64,000 nt of DNA from Schmidtea polychroa. Its lineage: Eukaryota. Positions within the stretch are counted from its first letter, which is position 1; every line of letters begins with the position of its first letter. The stretch is from assembly GCA_044892525.1 (NCBI GenBank), contig CM097885.1, positions 21,392,001 to 21,456,000 of the forward strand, given 5' to 3'. The position numbers were made by a program, and so were the translations under genes. Below the pieces are notes generated by a model, which was given only the letters and a program-made list of their open reading frames with translations, had not been told where the DNA came from and ran no database searches. Shown here one piece after another: positions 1 to 12,786 of the stretch.

Positions 1-1650
1 TGATTGTCGCCTTTCCAGGGGATACATATATCGATCATGTTGTACCTCAAAGTAGTAAAGCTGTGGATATTGGCAAAGAAATCATGTCAATCATCGTTAG
101 CACGCAGTCCTCACTGACCCTTCAAGCAATTGTGTGCGATGGAACCAATACAAACACCGGAAAAAATAATGGAATAATCAGAAGACTCGAAAAAAGCCTA
201 AGGCGACCTCTACAATGGCTGATATGCTTGTTGCATGCAAATGAATTGCCATTCAGGAAGTATTTTTCAGTCGTCGATGGTGGAGAAACAAAAGGTCCAA
301 AAACGTCATGTGGTGAAATAGGAAGCGTTCTTGATTTTGATCCAAAAGACAAGCCCGTAGTAGCCTTTATGTCCCTTCCTGGAAAGGTCGTAGATATTAG
401 TGAAAATGTCAAGAAAGAATTGAACACTGATCAATTGTATTTCCTCAGAGTATGCTTGGCAGTCCAGAAAGGGTACCACAACAACAAGGATGTCCCTTTT
501 CTACAAATGGCACAACCAGGAAATTTGAATCACAGTCGCTGGCTAACGAAAGCTAATAGAATTCTGCGACTATATATGTCCGAAACTGCTCCATCTGAAC
601 CTCTCATGCGAATAGTGAAATTTATTGTCAATTTCTATGGACCGTCATGGTTTTATATAAAGACTCACTCGTCATGCCAAGATGGTGCAAGAAATATTTT
701 TTATATGCTCCAACTTCTGCAGGATTTGGATCCATCAGACCAAGAAATCATCTTTCCTGTCATTCAGAACAACAATTACTTCTCACATCCAGATAATATA
801 CTCTTAGCTGCTGTTGGTGATGATGATGAAGAAATCAGAAAGTTTGCAACAGAAAAAATCATAACTGCAAGACAAAATTTTCTCCCTTCCGAAGTGATTC
901 GCACTATGGACAAGAATACTGTCTTTCTTCAGTCGTCTGCTACATCATATGTTGACATGATTGACTGGACAAAATGTAATTTGACGCCTCCCCCTCTTTT
1001 ATCTCATATATTGGATCATGAATTGAAGATGAATAAGAAAATTACATTAGAACAATTTCCCTGTCATTCTCAAGCCGTTGAAAGAGCCATCAAAGATGTT
1101 TCTTCTGCCAGTTGGTCACAAGTCCAGACATGGTATGGTACTACTGTGTAAAAAATCAAGGAAGGAATTGCCCAAGGTGCAAAGCAAAGCTGATTTCATG
1201 TGACTTCTTTTTATGCCCTCGCTAATACATTTCTAAACTTTTGGCTGGATGTTTTTAATAAAAAATAATTTCGAAAGTTGATTTTTGTCTTTGAAAAGGA
1301 TAATTCAAATTTGGCCCTTCCTAATCACTGACGTTGTCAGGATATATTTCAATGCGGGATGAGGACAGAGAATATACTATCTCAGCCCAAGAAAGTAAAT
1401 AATATACTTATAAGCTCTTAAGAAAGCTACATCTAAATATGGACAAAGGCGCAAAACACATTCCGACACTAGCCAAATTACATTGTTTTCACACTTATGT
1501 TGAACTGCATTTTCGGAGAAAAGTTGGGAGCAGTAAATGTCCATAAATCTAAGTAAAATGGTTTGATTCGATTTTTCTATACCAAAATACAACTTTTTAA
1601 CCATGTTTCCTTTCTTGAACTCAAAATTTATTAACATTCGACCCACCCTA
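1..1650 (+). mobile_element. 3' part of a hAT-superfamily (hATm-like) DNA transposon
   Basis: Transposase ORF followed by terminus ...CGACCCACCCTA at 1650 (TAGGGTG-type end), then a TA microsatellite; left end is outside the window. Confidence 0.65.
63..1203 (+). pseudogene. DDE transposase, C-terminal part, frameshifted near 1110
   Basis: Motifs CDGTNTNTG, WLICLLH (CxxH) and PCHSQAVER; an alternative frame continues VGHKSRHGMVLLCKKSRKELPK to TGA at 1203. Confidence 0.7.
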
Positions 1651-2167
1651 ATATATATATATATATATTTGTTTTAAATTACATGTTTTGATGAGATCAA
1701 TAAGCGTAGTATATTGAGATCACCAAATATTACAATTTTTGTTATAGAAAACTGAAAATGCTACATTGCGGACATCCAAGACCGGGAATTTGGTAAGTCA
1801 CACACGGACAAAAGTGGATAAGGGAAAGGAGGCGATGAAATAAGTCCTACATCTGTAAATCTATAAACGAATAAATCTATAAGCGAGTACCTAATCAAAA
1901 TGTGAAACCACTCTGGGGTAAAGAAAGATTTGTAGCGTATATCTTAAATTCGCTGTATAAAAGATGAAGAAACTAATGTTGGGCAAAGACTGTAAGATAA
2001 ATTTATTATTTATTTAACGCGATAAAATACCACAAAGAAATGGCAGGAAAGACAGGAAAAATGGACAAGAATAAGAAAAATGGAAAATAAGATCATGTAC
2101 AGAAGAAGCAAAACATTTTATTTAAAACGCTCCATTAAAACAAATTATTGTTACAGAAAAATAATTA

Positions 2168-3130
2168 CCGTATATACTTGAGTATAGGCCGAGTAATTTT
2201 GGTTTAATTTTTTCCCCCAAATTGATGGGTCGGCTTATACGCCAACCTACTTTATATTAAAACAATTATGGTTCAATAATTAATTTATATTAAATGTCAA
2301 TTAATATTTTTTTTAAATTAATATACAGAATAAATCAAATTAAAATATTATTACTTAAATTGAATCAGTTTAATATTTTTGCTTATCGAAGTCAGTACAA
2401 TGAATTTTGTTGCCATTAAACAGAAACGATCATCATATCATGCTGCCTTCAAACTTCAAGTTGTTGGTTTTACAACATCGAACAACAATTGTGCAGCAGC
2501 TCGGAAATTCGGTGTTGTTGAAAAGCAAGTAAGAGAATGGAAAAAAAGAAAAATTAATTTAGAAGAAATGCCTAGAGCAAAAAAAGCTTGTCGCACTGGA
2601 GTGGCCAAATTTTCTAAACTTGAAAAAGATATTAGTGAATTTGTTACTGAACGCCGTCAAAGTGGATTTATTGTGATAAGAAATGTTATTAGACTGCGTG
2701 CCCTGAAAATGTCAAAGGACGAAAAGTACAAAATGGAAGAATCAGAGAACTTTCTAGCATCTGCAGGTTGGTGTACAAGATTCATGGACAGACATGGTTT
2801 TTGTCTTCAGCAACGAACAAAGATTGCCTAGAAACTTCCCAAAGATCTTAAAGAAAAAATTGCATCCTTTCAGAAATTTAAAACAAAACTTCGAAAAGAA
2901 TACAGCTTTGATCTTTCACAGATTGGAAATATGAATGAAACACCAATGACATTTGATCTTCCAAGTAACCGAACTGTGAATGCTGCTGGTGAAAAATCTG
3001 TTCTTGTCAAAACAACTGGGCATGAGAAATCCCACTTCACAGTGATTTTATCTTGTTTGGCAGATGGATCCAAACTTCCACCTGTAATTGTTTTTTAAAG
3101 GGCATGAAATTTCCCAGTGGGGTTGTTATT
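2168..3130 (+). mobile_element. pogo/Tc2-type Tc1-mariner transposon, 5' part with decayed transposase
   Basis: TA|CCGTATATACTTGAGTATAGGCCGAG left TIR; ORF with Brinker-like HTH (YHAAFKLQVV), CENP-B HTH (ASAGWCTRFMDRH), then stop at 2829 and DDE start IGNMNETPMTFD...KTTGHEKSHFTV; truncated near 3130. Confidence 0.85.
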
Positions 3131-3744
3131 CGATACTCTGCCATATCTCACCAAGAACTCAATAAAACCATCTAAAATTGTTGTGGAATTTGCATCTAAT
3201 CTGTTTGGTAGACTTTTTGAATCTTCTTTATCGATATCACCTGCATCTTCACCACAAAATGTAGATTTGAAAACGGATGTACCAACTTCGTTGGAAGCAG
3301 AACTAGATGCTGCTATTAATTATGTACCCTGCGAAAATATTCAAAAATCCAACTTACACAACAAAGATGACTTTATAATACTTAAGATAGCAGGGAAAAG
3401 GCCAGAAAACTTGAAAAATTATTTGAAGCCTTAACAACCACATCAACCATCATCAACCGAAGCCGAAAGAACTTTCTCTATTTCCTTTGACTTTTGCGGC
3501 AAACGTCGAACTCGTTTATCAGATTATTCGTTAAATTGCTTAGTTTTTCTAAAATATTTGTATTTAAATGAAAAAAGTGAATAAATTTTCATTTTAAAAT
3601 TACAATTTTTCGAGTTTTTTTTATTCGTTCATTTTTAAATTAGCTATTTCCAAAATATCCGTATCCGAACGGTTAATTGCAGTTTTCGAATAATGAAAAC
3701 CGGTATTCGCAGATACTATAAAGCCTGATATTTTGCAAACTCTA
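3130..3744 (+). mobile_element. hAT transposon 3' fragment (dimerisation-domain remnant plus right end)
   Basis: PSSTEAERTFS...KRRTRLSDYSLNCLVFLK at about 3448-3580; ends in TTTTGCAAACTCTA (TAG-type hAT end). Confidence 0.65.
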
Positions 3745-6301
3745 TATAGCACCCTGGATCTTGTTAAGAATTGCATGTTCTTTATGACCTTCCTGGTATG
3801 TATGTTGATTGATTAGTGCCTCATGCATGCCTGGGAAAACGGGATCTCTCTAACTCGGGTTGATTTGCTACTCGTTTTAGTTTAAACTAATTGAGTGTGA
3901 GACCACCTCCGTTAATTGTGTGCTTCCTTGCTCTGGATTGATAATGCACTTGTGCACCTATAGCGTTGAACTGATTTCTCGACTTCAGTAGTTTGAAAGC
4001 CACTTGACTATTTTCTTGCTGATTTGCCAATTGGTCTGAATTCTCTTATAATCAATTCAATCGATTGAACATCTTGTTATTCTTGGCACTACTTCTGATG
4101 TGTAAGAATGAAACCAATGGATAGAATTGATAAATTTTCTTTTAATGTCTTCTGTTCTTTTTAACCGTGCGATGCAAATTTGGTTGGCATTCATACCACA
4201 ATGTCTTCCCCTAATATATTTTTGATTTTAATATCGCAACTCACCTTTTCCATTCTTCCGCTTTGAAAAACCGTAGTGGTAAATTTTCTCACTATATCAT
4301 ACTCACATTCTAAGTTGTGTTTGAAAGATTTTGTTAGTGACGACCTGGATTTTTGTCCCTCTAGCCTCTTATCTTAAACTTTTAGTTTATATTGGTATTT
4401 TTTTTAGAGATTTGGGTTTATTTTTCTCCCTTGAAAGTCTGGGTTGATTTGAATAATTTATAGGGATTAGCCCTCAGTTTTAAAGCACAATGATCTGCCC
4501 TATTTATCCTCTTCATTAATGCTGAGTCAACTCTAATCTTCTCTGATTTAATTTTTGTGATGACCTTGAGTCGATAATGAATAAATCCTCATTTCTCTCA
4601 GCTCATTGGACGTTTGAGAAACGAGCTTGTAGTGTCCTTTATAGTAGAGTCGTTGTGCACTATAAATCATTTACATTATGGAACTATAAAATGTTGTTCA
4701 TTCCATACGGTACACTGAAGTCTAGTGTGATGAACGCCTAATGTCATTTTTTCAGACTTCGGAACCACGAACAAACCAAAAGCTTGTCTTAATTCCCGAT
4801 CTGCTTATATTGATTTTAGTCCTACCGTAGCATTTCGCGATACTTGACTTACCCAATGTAGACAACGCCAATTTCTAGTCATCATCCACAGGTCACAGGA
4901 AGTATATCAATGAACGACGTAGTAAAACTACTCCAAATGAATGGCATAGTACAACTACCACTCCCTATTAATTGAATTAATTTAATTGCTTGCTGTTCTA
5001 GGTATCTGTTGGCCGGAAAAAATTATAATAACATAGGTTACTTGGTGTCGAAAATCAAAAAGCTCAAAATCCCTTCAACAATTTATTAACCATCATAAAA
5101 AGAAAAATTACATCGGGTGCTTAAAGACCAAGAACTTTTGTTTCACAAAAAATCCCCTCAAAGAACTATAAGACTGCTGAAAAAACTAGACATATTTGGT
5201 TTGTGCAAAGTGCAAGAGTGCGCATTTTCTAAACCAGTGTCAAGAGTTCCGGCACACGACAGTTAACGAACTTTGGAAGGGATAACTAGCTGTGTAATAA
5301 TTGCCTAAAACAGGTCATTGGGCAAGAAATTGTCCACAGGAGAAGTTCTTTAGCAACGCAAGGTGTGAAAAGAAGCAGTGACTAGTTGCAGGGATGAGCC
5401 TAGTGGGGAAAAATTGAGGCGACGGAAAAACGAACAAACGATCAGATATATTTGGGAATTTACATGTCAGGCATAAACAGAAACATTGGATAAGCTTGCG
5501 TACAGTTCCAGTGATTTTGATGAATGGTTAGGAAAAAGTGAAAGTACACGCATTTTCGGATGATGCGAGCACAGTGGGCAATGTTAGCAATTGGGTAGTG
5601 CGAATTTACTGTGGAAATAAGGAAAAGTAAATTGAATAGACAATAAACAAATGGCAGTGAGACGACTTGAAAGTCTAAGACAGAAGCTAGAAAAAGATAG
5701 AATTGAAGGATGAATATGAAAAGATCTTGAAAGATCACGAAATTAAGAAGTATATTAGAAGAGTGACCAGGCAAGAGGAAGCAGGAACGAAGTGGAGACT
5801 ACGGCATTTTCAAGTTATGAGACAAGATAAGGAAGTCGCTAACGATAGAAGAAATTTCAACAATTTCGACGATGACGATCTAGAAGCATTCCAATTATTT
5901 CTATTAAAAGATTTGGAACTTATAGAATATCATTTAAATGAATTAAAATCATATTTCAATATTAGATCAGATTCTGTTGAAAATATTGTCAAAATATTTT
6001 CAAAGTCTAATTAAAATAATAAAAAAACCAATCTCAGATGGAATAAATAAAAAATTAATTACTTATTTAGTATTATATCTTCAAAAAATTCAATTTTTTA
6101 AAAACAACTTTTTGGATTTTTGGCCTCCTTTTGAAAATAATGTCAGAAATATTTTAAAGACTTTATTTGTTGTTTTGTATTAATATGATAATAAAAAAAT
6201 TTAATTCAGATGAATTTACCGCATATAAAGTAGTCAAACTCAAAATAATAAACATTAATTAATATAATATTTATAAGATAACGCCAGTCAAACATTCTTT
6301 T

Positions 6302-6340
6302 CACAATATATTTCGACAGTTTTCCTGTCATAATCAGGTG
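6302..6340 (-). ncRNA. Minimal type I hammerhead ribozyme, core variant CTGATTA
   Basis: Minus strand reads CAC CTGATTA TGACAGGAAAACTGTC GAAA TATA TT GTG. Confidence 0.65.
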
Positions 6341-6399
6341 GGATATAATAACTATATAAATTAAGGATTTTAAGGATTTTTTACTTTATTAAAAAATTT

Positions 6400-8101
6400 A
6401 GCAAAAAAAGATATTGGTAATTCTCGACCACGATGTATATGTGAATATGCTTAATGATGTTTTGAATGCTCCCCAGTTTGTGAAAATAGAGATTTCTCGA
6501 AAAAATGGAATACAGCCTCCTCTTAAGGATGAGAATTTGTTAAAAGAGATACTGAATAAATTAATTAAAAATAAGCAAATTGATAGAGAGTTGTTTAAAT
6601 CTATTCGCCCAATGGGATCACAACCAGCAAAAATGTATGGGCTTCCAAAAATCCATAAAGATGGCGTGCCTATGAGACCTGTTTTGTCCATGATTGGCAC
6701 TGCCCAATATAAAATAGCTAAATTTTTGGATGGATTATTAAAACCATTAATACAATCAGAATTTGAATGTAATGAAAGTTTTGAATTTGTTTCCTGCATT
6801 GCACAATATGATAGATGAAATTATGGTTTCGTTTGATGTTTGTGGTCTGTTTACGAATGTACCATTGGTTGAAACAATTGAATTATGTTGCTCGATATGG
6901 AATAAAAACATTTCTGAACATCATATTTTGAATGGAAGAGCATTTCGTGAACTTCTTGTATTTGCAACTTCAAAAATCAATTTTCTTTTCAATAATGAAT
7001 GGTATCAACAAATAGATGGAGTTGCTATGGCAAGCTTAGAAAAAAAATTACATCTTTCCAATGTCTGAAACCCACTGTTTATAAACGGTATGTGGATGAT
7101 ATTTTTCTTATATTTGAAAATCAGAGGCATGTTGATCCGTTTTTGAATTATATGAAGTCTACATAAAAACATTGTATTCATATGTGAAACGGAGAAAAAA
7201 TCATCACTTGCTTTCTTGGATCTGTTAATACAACACAAAGAGAAACACTATGAGACAGAGATTTATAAAAAAACAAATTGATATTGGTCTCTATACTTCA
7301 TCCGAAAGTTTTTGTGAATTCAAGTATAAAAGAAATATGGTGAAGGGGTTGATTTATCGTTCACGGTCTTTCTCTTCTACTTTTGAAAATTCAGTAAAAA
7401 GTGTTGACAAATTAGTTGTATTGTTAATGAAGAACGGTTATTCAAAATCCTTTTTATTAATTATGGTAAAAAAGACTGTTGACAAATTTATTAAAAATCC
7501 TAAGGATCCATGTTTGAGAAAACCTGGATGTGATGTTGTTGAGATGTGTGAGTCTAATGAGTTAAAATCTGGGTGTGATTTTGTTGAGGTGTGTGAGTCT
7601 GACGAGTTAAATAAATTAAATAATGTGAGCAAAGATGATGAACCTAAATTTATGTTAGTATTGCCAAACTCAGAAGGTTTGAAAGATTATAAAGTGAAGA
7701 TAAGAAGTCAGTTAGGGAATTTAAACTATAGGATAATGTCAAATTCATGGAAAGTACGCCATATGTTCATTAATAAGTCTAAAAATCCGGTCAAATTGTG
7801 TTCCGATCTCGTTTATCAGTTTAAATGTAATGGGTGTAATGCCACATACATTGGAGAGACTTCCCGTCATCTCTGTATTCGAGCTCGAGAACACTGTAGG
7901 CCGAAGGCTTTGACCCATATTGGTGAGCACAATAAGGGCTGTAAGAGTAAAATAGGTATGTTTGATTTTAAAATTTTATTAAAAAATTTCGATAATTATT
8001 GGGAACGTGTAATTTGTAAGGCGTTATTGATAAAGTCATTGAATCCAAAAATTAATGTGCAGAATGAAGTGAATACTTGTGTTTTAAATGTTTTTAAATA
8101 A
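6400..8101 (+). pseudogene. Penelope RT + GIY-YIG endonuclease, frameshifted
   Basis: YGLPKIHK..PMRPV, SFDVCGLFTNVP, YQQIDGVAM, KRYVDDIF (about 7084), and VYQFKCNGCNATYIGETSRHL..RAREH, spread over several frames. Confidence 0.92.
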
Positions 8102-8286
8102 TTTTTTGTATATTGTATGTACTAGCTGTTTGTGAAATTAATTAATTAAGAAATTTTTTAAAAAATAATATATAATTTTAATTATGGATTTTTTAAAAAA
8201 TAAAATATTTTTAATAAATAATAAAAAAAAATTTTTTAAATAAATAAATTTGTTTAAAATTCTTAATTTATATAGTTATTATATCC

Positions 8287-8325
8287 CACCTGATGATGAC
8301 AGGAAAACTGTCGAAATAAATCGTG
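8287..8325 (+). ncRNA. Minimal type I hammerhead ribozyme in the Penelope pLTR
   Basis: CAC-CTGATGA-T-GACAG(GAAAA)CTGTC-GAAA-TAAA-TC-GTG: intact core, stem II, and CAC/GTG stem I. Confidence 0.8.
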
Positions 8326-9285
8326 AAAGGAATGTTTGATTGGCGCTATCTTATAATTAAATCATTGCCATGTATATTTAAATATAATGCTTATAAAATT
8401 CTTTATTGTTTTAGTCACATTTGATCCTTTTTGGTTTTGTTTTAATATTTCATATATAGTTGTAATTAAAATATAATATTAATTTATTATAATTTATTAA
8501 ATTAGTTAATTAAATGTTTAAATTTAACTTGATTTTTACACACTTAAAATTATTTTCAATAATATTCAAGTAAAACAACATTAATTATCATTAGCTAATA
8601 TCTTTAAAGTATAGAATATTCTCAATAAATATTACATAGGTAAATCAATTTTTAAACGCCCATAAAAATAAAAACCGGTATAAGAAAATATAATTATCGA
8701 ATTTTAATAAATCAATTTTTGATTAATTTATCCAGCAACATAAACATTATTTTTGATACTTATCGAGAATAAACTGTACAATATTATCATAAAATCAAAA
8801 TTAACCATTTTCATCATTTTTCTTATGTGGATTTGGTTCTTTGAATTCACTATGTGTTAATGGAGATTTAGTCTCGGAAATTATTTCCTCAATATCATCA
8901 CATTTTTGATTTTGCTGATTAACGGAATCTTCGTCGATTTGATTAGTTGTGACGTTTTCCTCAAGTTTATTGACTGTGTCACACATACCAGCTTTTATCT
9001 TAAAATATATTTTTAAAGTTCATAAATTGCTGATAAATTATTAATTTTAAACAATAAAATTTTTAAATATTCTAAAGAATTTCATTGATTCTAATAACAA
9101 AACTCTGAAACTACCGAAATATTTTAGAAATCTAACGTGAAGATAAAACTTACCATGCAGTTTCGAAAATTTAATAAATAATATAATATGCAAAAAGAAA
9201 CACGACAAAGTCTAAACGAAGAAACATCGAATTACAGGATTAGCCAGGCGATTTTGATTTTTTTATATTCAATTTTTGACAATTA

Positions 9286-10744
9286 CACCAATCCCTCGCT
9301 TTACGAAATATTGCTATAAAGTAATTTAGAAAAAAATTCGGTTTCTGTTTACGAAAAAAAAATCGATTTACGAATTTTTGTTTAAATTTACTAAGTTAAT
9401 TATATGTAGGCTGGCCATCTGCACGGAATTTGCCGAGACAGTCCCGGATTTTCAGCAATTGTCCCGGGTCCTGGCCAGGATGTTATTTGTCCCGGAATTA
9501 TTAATTTGATCGAAATTGTGAACCAAATTTTATGTTTTTCAGAGATAAGGTACCATAAAGTATTGCTACAATACAATTATGTTTAAATTAGTAAGTCAGA
9601 CCATCTTAAACCTTCATTAATTCAAATACAAAATTTTACAAACAATAAAATTCTAAAATTTTGCTTCTTTGAACAATATTTTGATTACATATGAAAATTT
9701 AAGAACCCTTTAATTGAATTAAAAATTTTTAACTTTAAATAAGTAAAAGCTTATAAGTCAAAGTTAACAAAAGCTTTGTGGAAAGACTTCCGAAGAGAAA
9801 ATTTTAATTATAAGTTATAATTTATAAGCTGCCTTATAATTGCACTATAATTGACTACATCGAACTTTGGGGAAAATCTTGCGACGGCGCTGATGTGTTC
9901 ACCTGTATGGTCATGAACAAATTTCCAAGCTGGGAAGACGTCGAGAAATCATTAGAATTCGCCACAAATCGATATGGAGAAGAAATTTGCTCGATAATTA
10001 ATAGAGATTTGCTACTCGATGAATTTATTTTGATGAGGACTTTTTACGAACAAAATGTGTCTGATTGGATGAGATCAGAAGTGTCTCCGGAAAAAATTTG
10101 GACAACAATTTTTACTCATTTTCGAAATGAGTCCACTCAGCTTCCCAACTTGGAAAAGTTAGTCGAATATGCTTTCGCTCTATCTGGAACATCGACAGAT
10201 GTTGAGCGTATATTCTCGAAAATGAATTGGATTTGGGATGATCTGAAAAGTCGATTGGAAATCGGGACACTTAACGCTCTTCTTACTATTTAGTTCAACT
10301 GTGATTTAGATTGTAACCAGTTCTACAGCTTTATCAAGAACGAAATTGGGTTCCTTGATAAAGTTCATTCTTCAGAAAAGTAATATTCTGAGTATAAAAA
10401 CTATTTTTGCTTTTGTCCCGGTTTTTTTTACAAATGTCCCGGATTTTCTAGGAAAACCTCTGGCCAGCCTAATTAAATGTTTTATGTTCCTTGAATTATT
10501 TATGTAATAGATATATTTTTTGTTATGAATAAATAAAATACATACATATTATTTTTGTTTTTGAATTACGAATGTTTTCTTCAATAATATGAATTAATTA
10601 GATTTTTTAATTTATAAATTACCGTTTTTAATCAGAATTCCTGGTTTATATTACCGATAATTAAAATAAAAATTCGCTTAACGAAATTTCGATTTATGTT
10701 CAATTTTTTGGGAACAAATTAATTCGTTAAGCGAGTCATTGGTG
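9286..10744. mobile_element. Tigger/pogo-type MITE
   Basis: TA|CACCAATCCCTCGCTTTACGAA ... TTCGTTAAGCGAGTCATTGGTG|TA. Confidence 0.75.
9407..10471 (+). mobile_element. Internally deleted hAT (Blackjack-like) element
   Basis: TIR TAGGCTGGCCA/TGGCCAGCCTA, 8-bp TSD ATTATATG/ATTAAATG, subterminal TGTCCCGG repeats, and hAT C-terminal remnant (LSGTSTDVERIFS) at 9895-10383. Confidence 0.9.
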
Positions 10745-10789
10745 TATTTTTATTTATAAAAATTAGTTATATGTTAAAAATAATCCTTC

Positions 10790-11480
10790 AAATGGAAATC
10801 AATAAAATTACCTTAAACGAAAATAGAGTATCTCAATGAATGTGGTTATAAAAAATATCAGACTAGTGGAATGATCGATGCTCAGAAACCCGTTACACCC
10901 AGAAATAAAAACTGGATTCGGCCAGTTACTAGAATCGATTGATGAAAATTACACTTTAACACTAAAAAGAATATGGGAAATATGTAGAGTGCTTTTGCAA
11001 TTCTATCAACCATTTTGAGATATTTTAAAAGCTTTCATCACAGCTTTAAACGCATGTAAACAGTGGCTGTGCCACGTAATGAAAAAGTTGAAAAAGTTGG
11101 ATTTAATGCTCCAATGAGATCACATAACGACATCTCTCATAATTATTGCTCCTGTCGTTACATTTTCAATCATCAAATCCAGAAACATTCCAATTTGTGT
11201 AATAAATATAAAAGAAATATTACACTATTCTGTCAACTAAATCATTTTAATAACAATGCATTTTACGAGTCGATGAATTTTATGTGTTGTTTGTTATCCG
11301 AAAGAGGCATAAGAATTGGTGAATATATTATTTCTAGTAGGGGTTTTGAAATATTATATCTCTCGCTATATTCATCATTTTTAAATCCTATTCAGAACAT
11401 GTTTTCAACATTGAAGAATATAATCAATACAACTAAGACGCTTGACGAAACATCCTTGACGGTGTCTACCCAAAAAAGGA
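10790..11480 (+). pseudogene. Highly decayed Tc1/IS630-type transposase
   Basis: GFEILYLSLYSSFLNPIQNMFS resembles the LPPYSPxLNPIE motif. Confidence 0.6.
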
Positions 11481-12536
11481 AGTACCCTGCTATCTTCTAA
11501 CAATTGCAAATTGACAAGGACTAACGTATAGTCGAAAATTTTTTCATATTAAATATTATTTGCAACAAAAGGCTTAAATTATCATTTAATTGTTTAAAAC
11601 ATATTGTAGGCATGTTTTTTTTTACATATGTGATTGCTTGTATGAATTCGGACGTTATTGAACATTAAATGGTTTTAAAATTTATTTAATTAAAAATTAA
11701 AATTATGTTATTATAAGAACTTTTTTCAATTTTGTATTTATTAAAATTATGTTATTAATAATATATGTAATCTTAATATTATTTTATTATCCAAAATATC
11801 CAAAATAGCACAAAAATATCCAAATCGAATAGCAAAAATCCAAAACGGCTTGGCTAACCCTGAAGTGTCGATTAAGGTCAAACAACTGAAAGAAATTTTA
11901 GTGGAAAACTGGAGTCTGATATCTATAGTTCAGAGTGAGATTGGAAATCTATCACAATTTATCAATGGTAATTTAGCCATATCAAGAAACAGGTAATTTT
12001 AATAGCTATGGCAATTATATTCAATATTGGAATAAGACATAAATAAAGCATTATGTTTCAAGGAAAAGGGAATAAAAATAAAAGCACTATATGAAATCGA
12101 TGTAGATATAAATTTCAAGAGTAAAACGTTGCCAGAGTTGATATTAGAAAGAAATCCTAAGGTTCACGTGCACAATCAAAATTAAGTGCTTTATTATTAG
12201 GTGGCAAAGGACCAGAGGAAGTTCATTTGGGGCTCATGCTAAGTATGGGACAACGAATTACGGCGTAAACATTTAAATGAAGAAGAACATCGAGAGCAAT
12301 GAATAAAAGGTATTATTTAGTAAAAGTAGAAACCATAAAAAGTGAACAATTAAAAAGTAAAATGTAAAAAGGAAACAATGACATCCAATAGCAGAATGCA
12401 ATCACCACTGCAAAATTACAGGCAAAATAATTTTAAAAAATACAGACAATTTCAACGCAGCTTTCCTATATTGAAAAATATTATTGATTTTTTTCATTTT
12501 ATAGCTTGCACAGATCACTGAAATATAGAATAATAT

Positions 12537-12786
12537 TGGTGGGTTACTGAGGATCAAATATTTTGCTCTTTAGTGCTGTTACCAGCGTAACCCAAGATAC
12601 AACATTGTTTACCGCTTGATACCCGTTGAGCGATCAACGTTGGTACTGTATCAAGAGGGTGAGTGCTCGCAAAAAGTGAGCGCACTACTTGCACTGTAAT
12701 TGTCGAACACTCCTTTGGGTTCACGGACTGCCGATAGAAGGCTTGTGTCCGATTTGGCCTGGTCCCTTCACCAGATTGTCTTCCCA
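12537..12786 (+). ncRNA. Conserved structured RNA-like motif, copy A
   Basis: Several stems with compensatory changes relative to copies B and C; GCGA tetraloop. Confidence 0.65.

Larger units (their letters stand above)
6271..8379 (+). mobile_element. Penelope-like retroelement, 5'-truncated, with an inverted partial pLTR at the 5' end
   Basis: RT plus GIY-YIG remnants; 6271-6373 is the reverse complement of about 8255-8356. Confidence 0.92.
9235..11862. mobile_element. Putative non-autonomous CAGGG-ended (hAT-like) element hosting nested insertions
   Basis: Imperfect TIR: CAGGATTAGCCAGGCGATTTTG vs reverse complement CAGGGTTAGCCAAGCCGTTTTG; no TSD recognised. Confidence 0.5.

Noticed and set aside
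3760..6014. Possible decayed retroelement gag or host coding sequence
   Set aside because: Coding-like composition but many stops and no diagnostic motif.
8801..8986. Possible host first exon on the minus strand
   Set aside because: Short acidic ORF with a plausible donor, but no homology or further exons could be supported.
12537..12786. Calling the structured motif a group I intron or dicistrovirus IRES
   Set aside because: Only short motif echoes; I could not build P3-P8 or the IRES stem-loops by eye.
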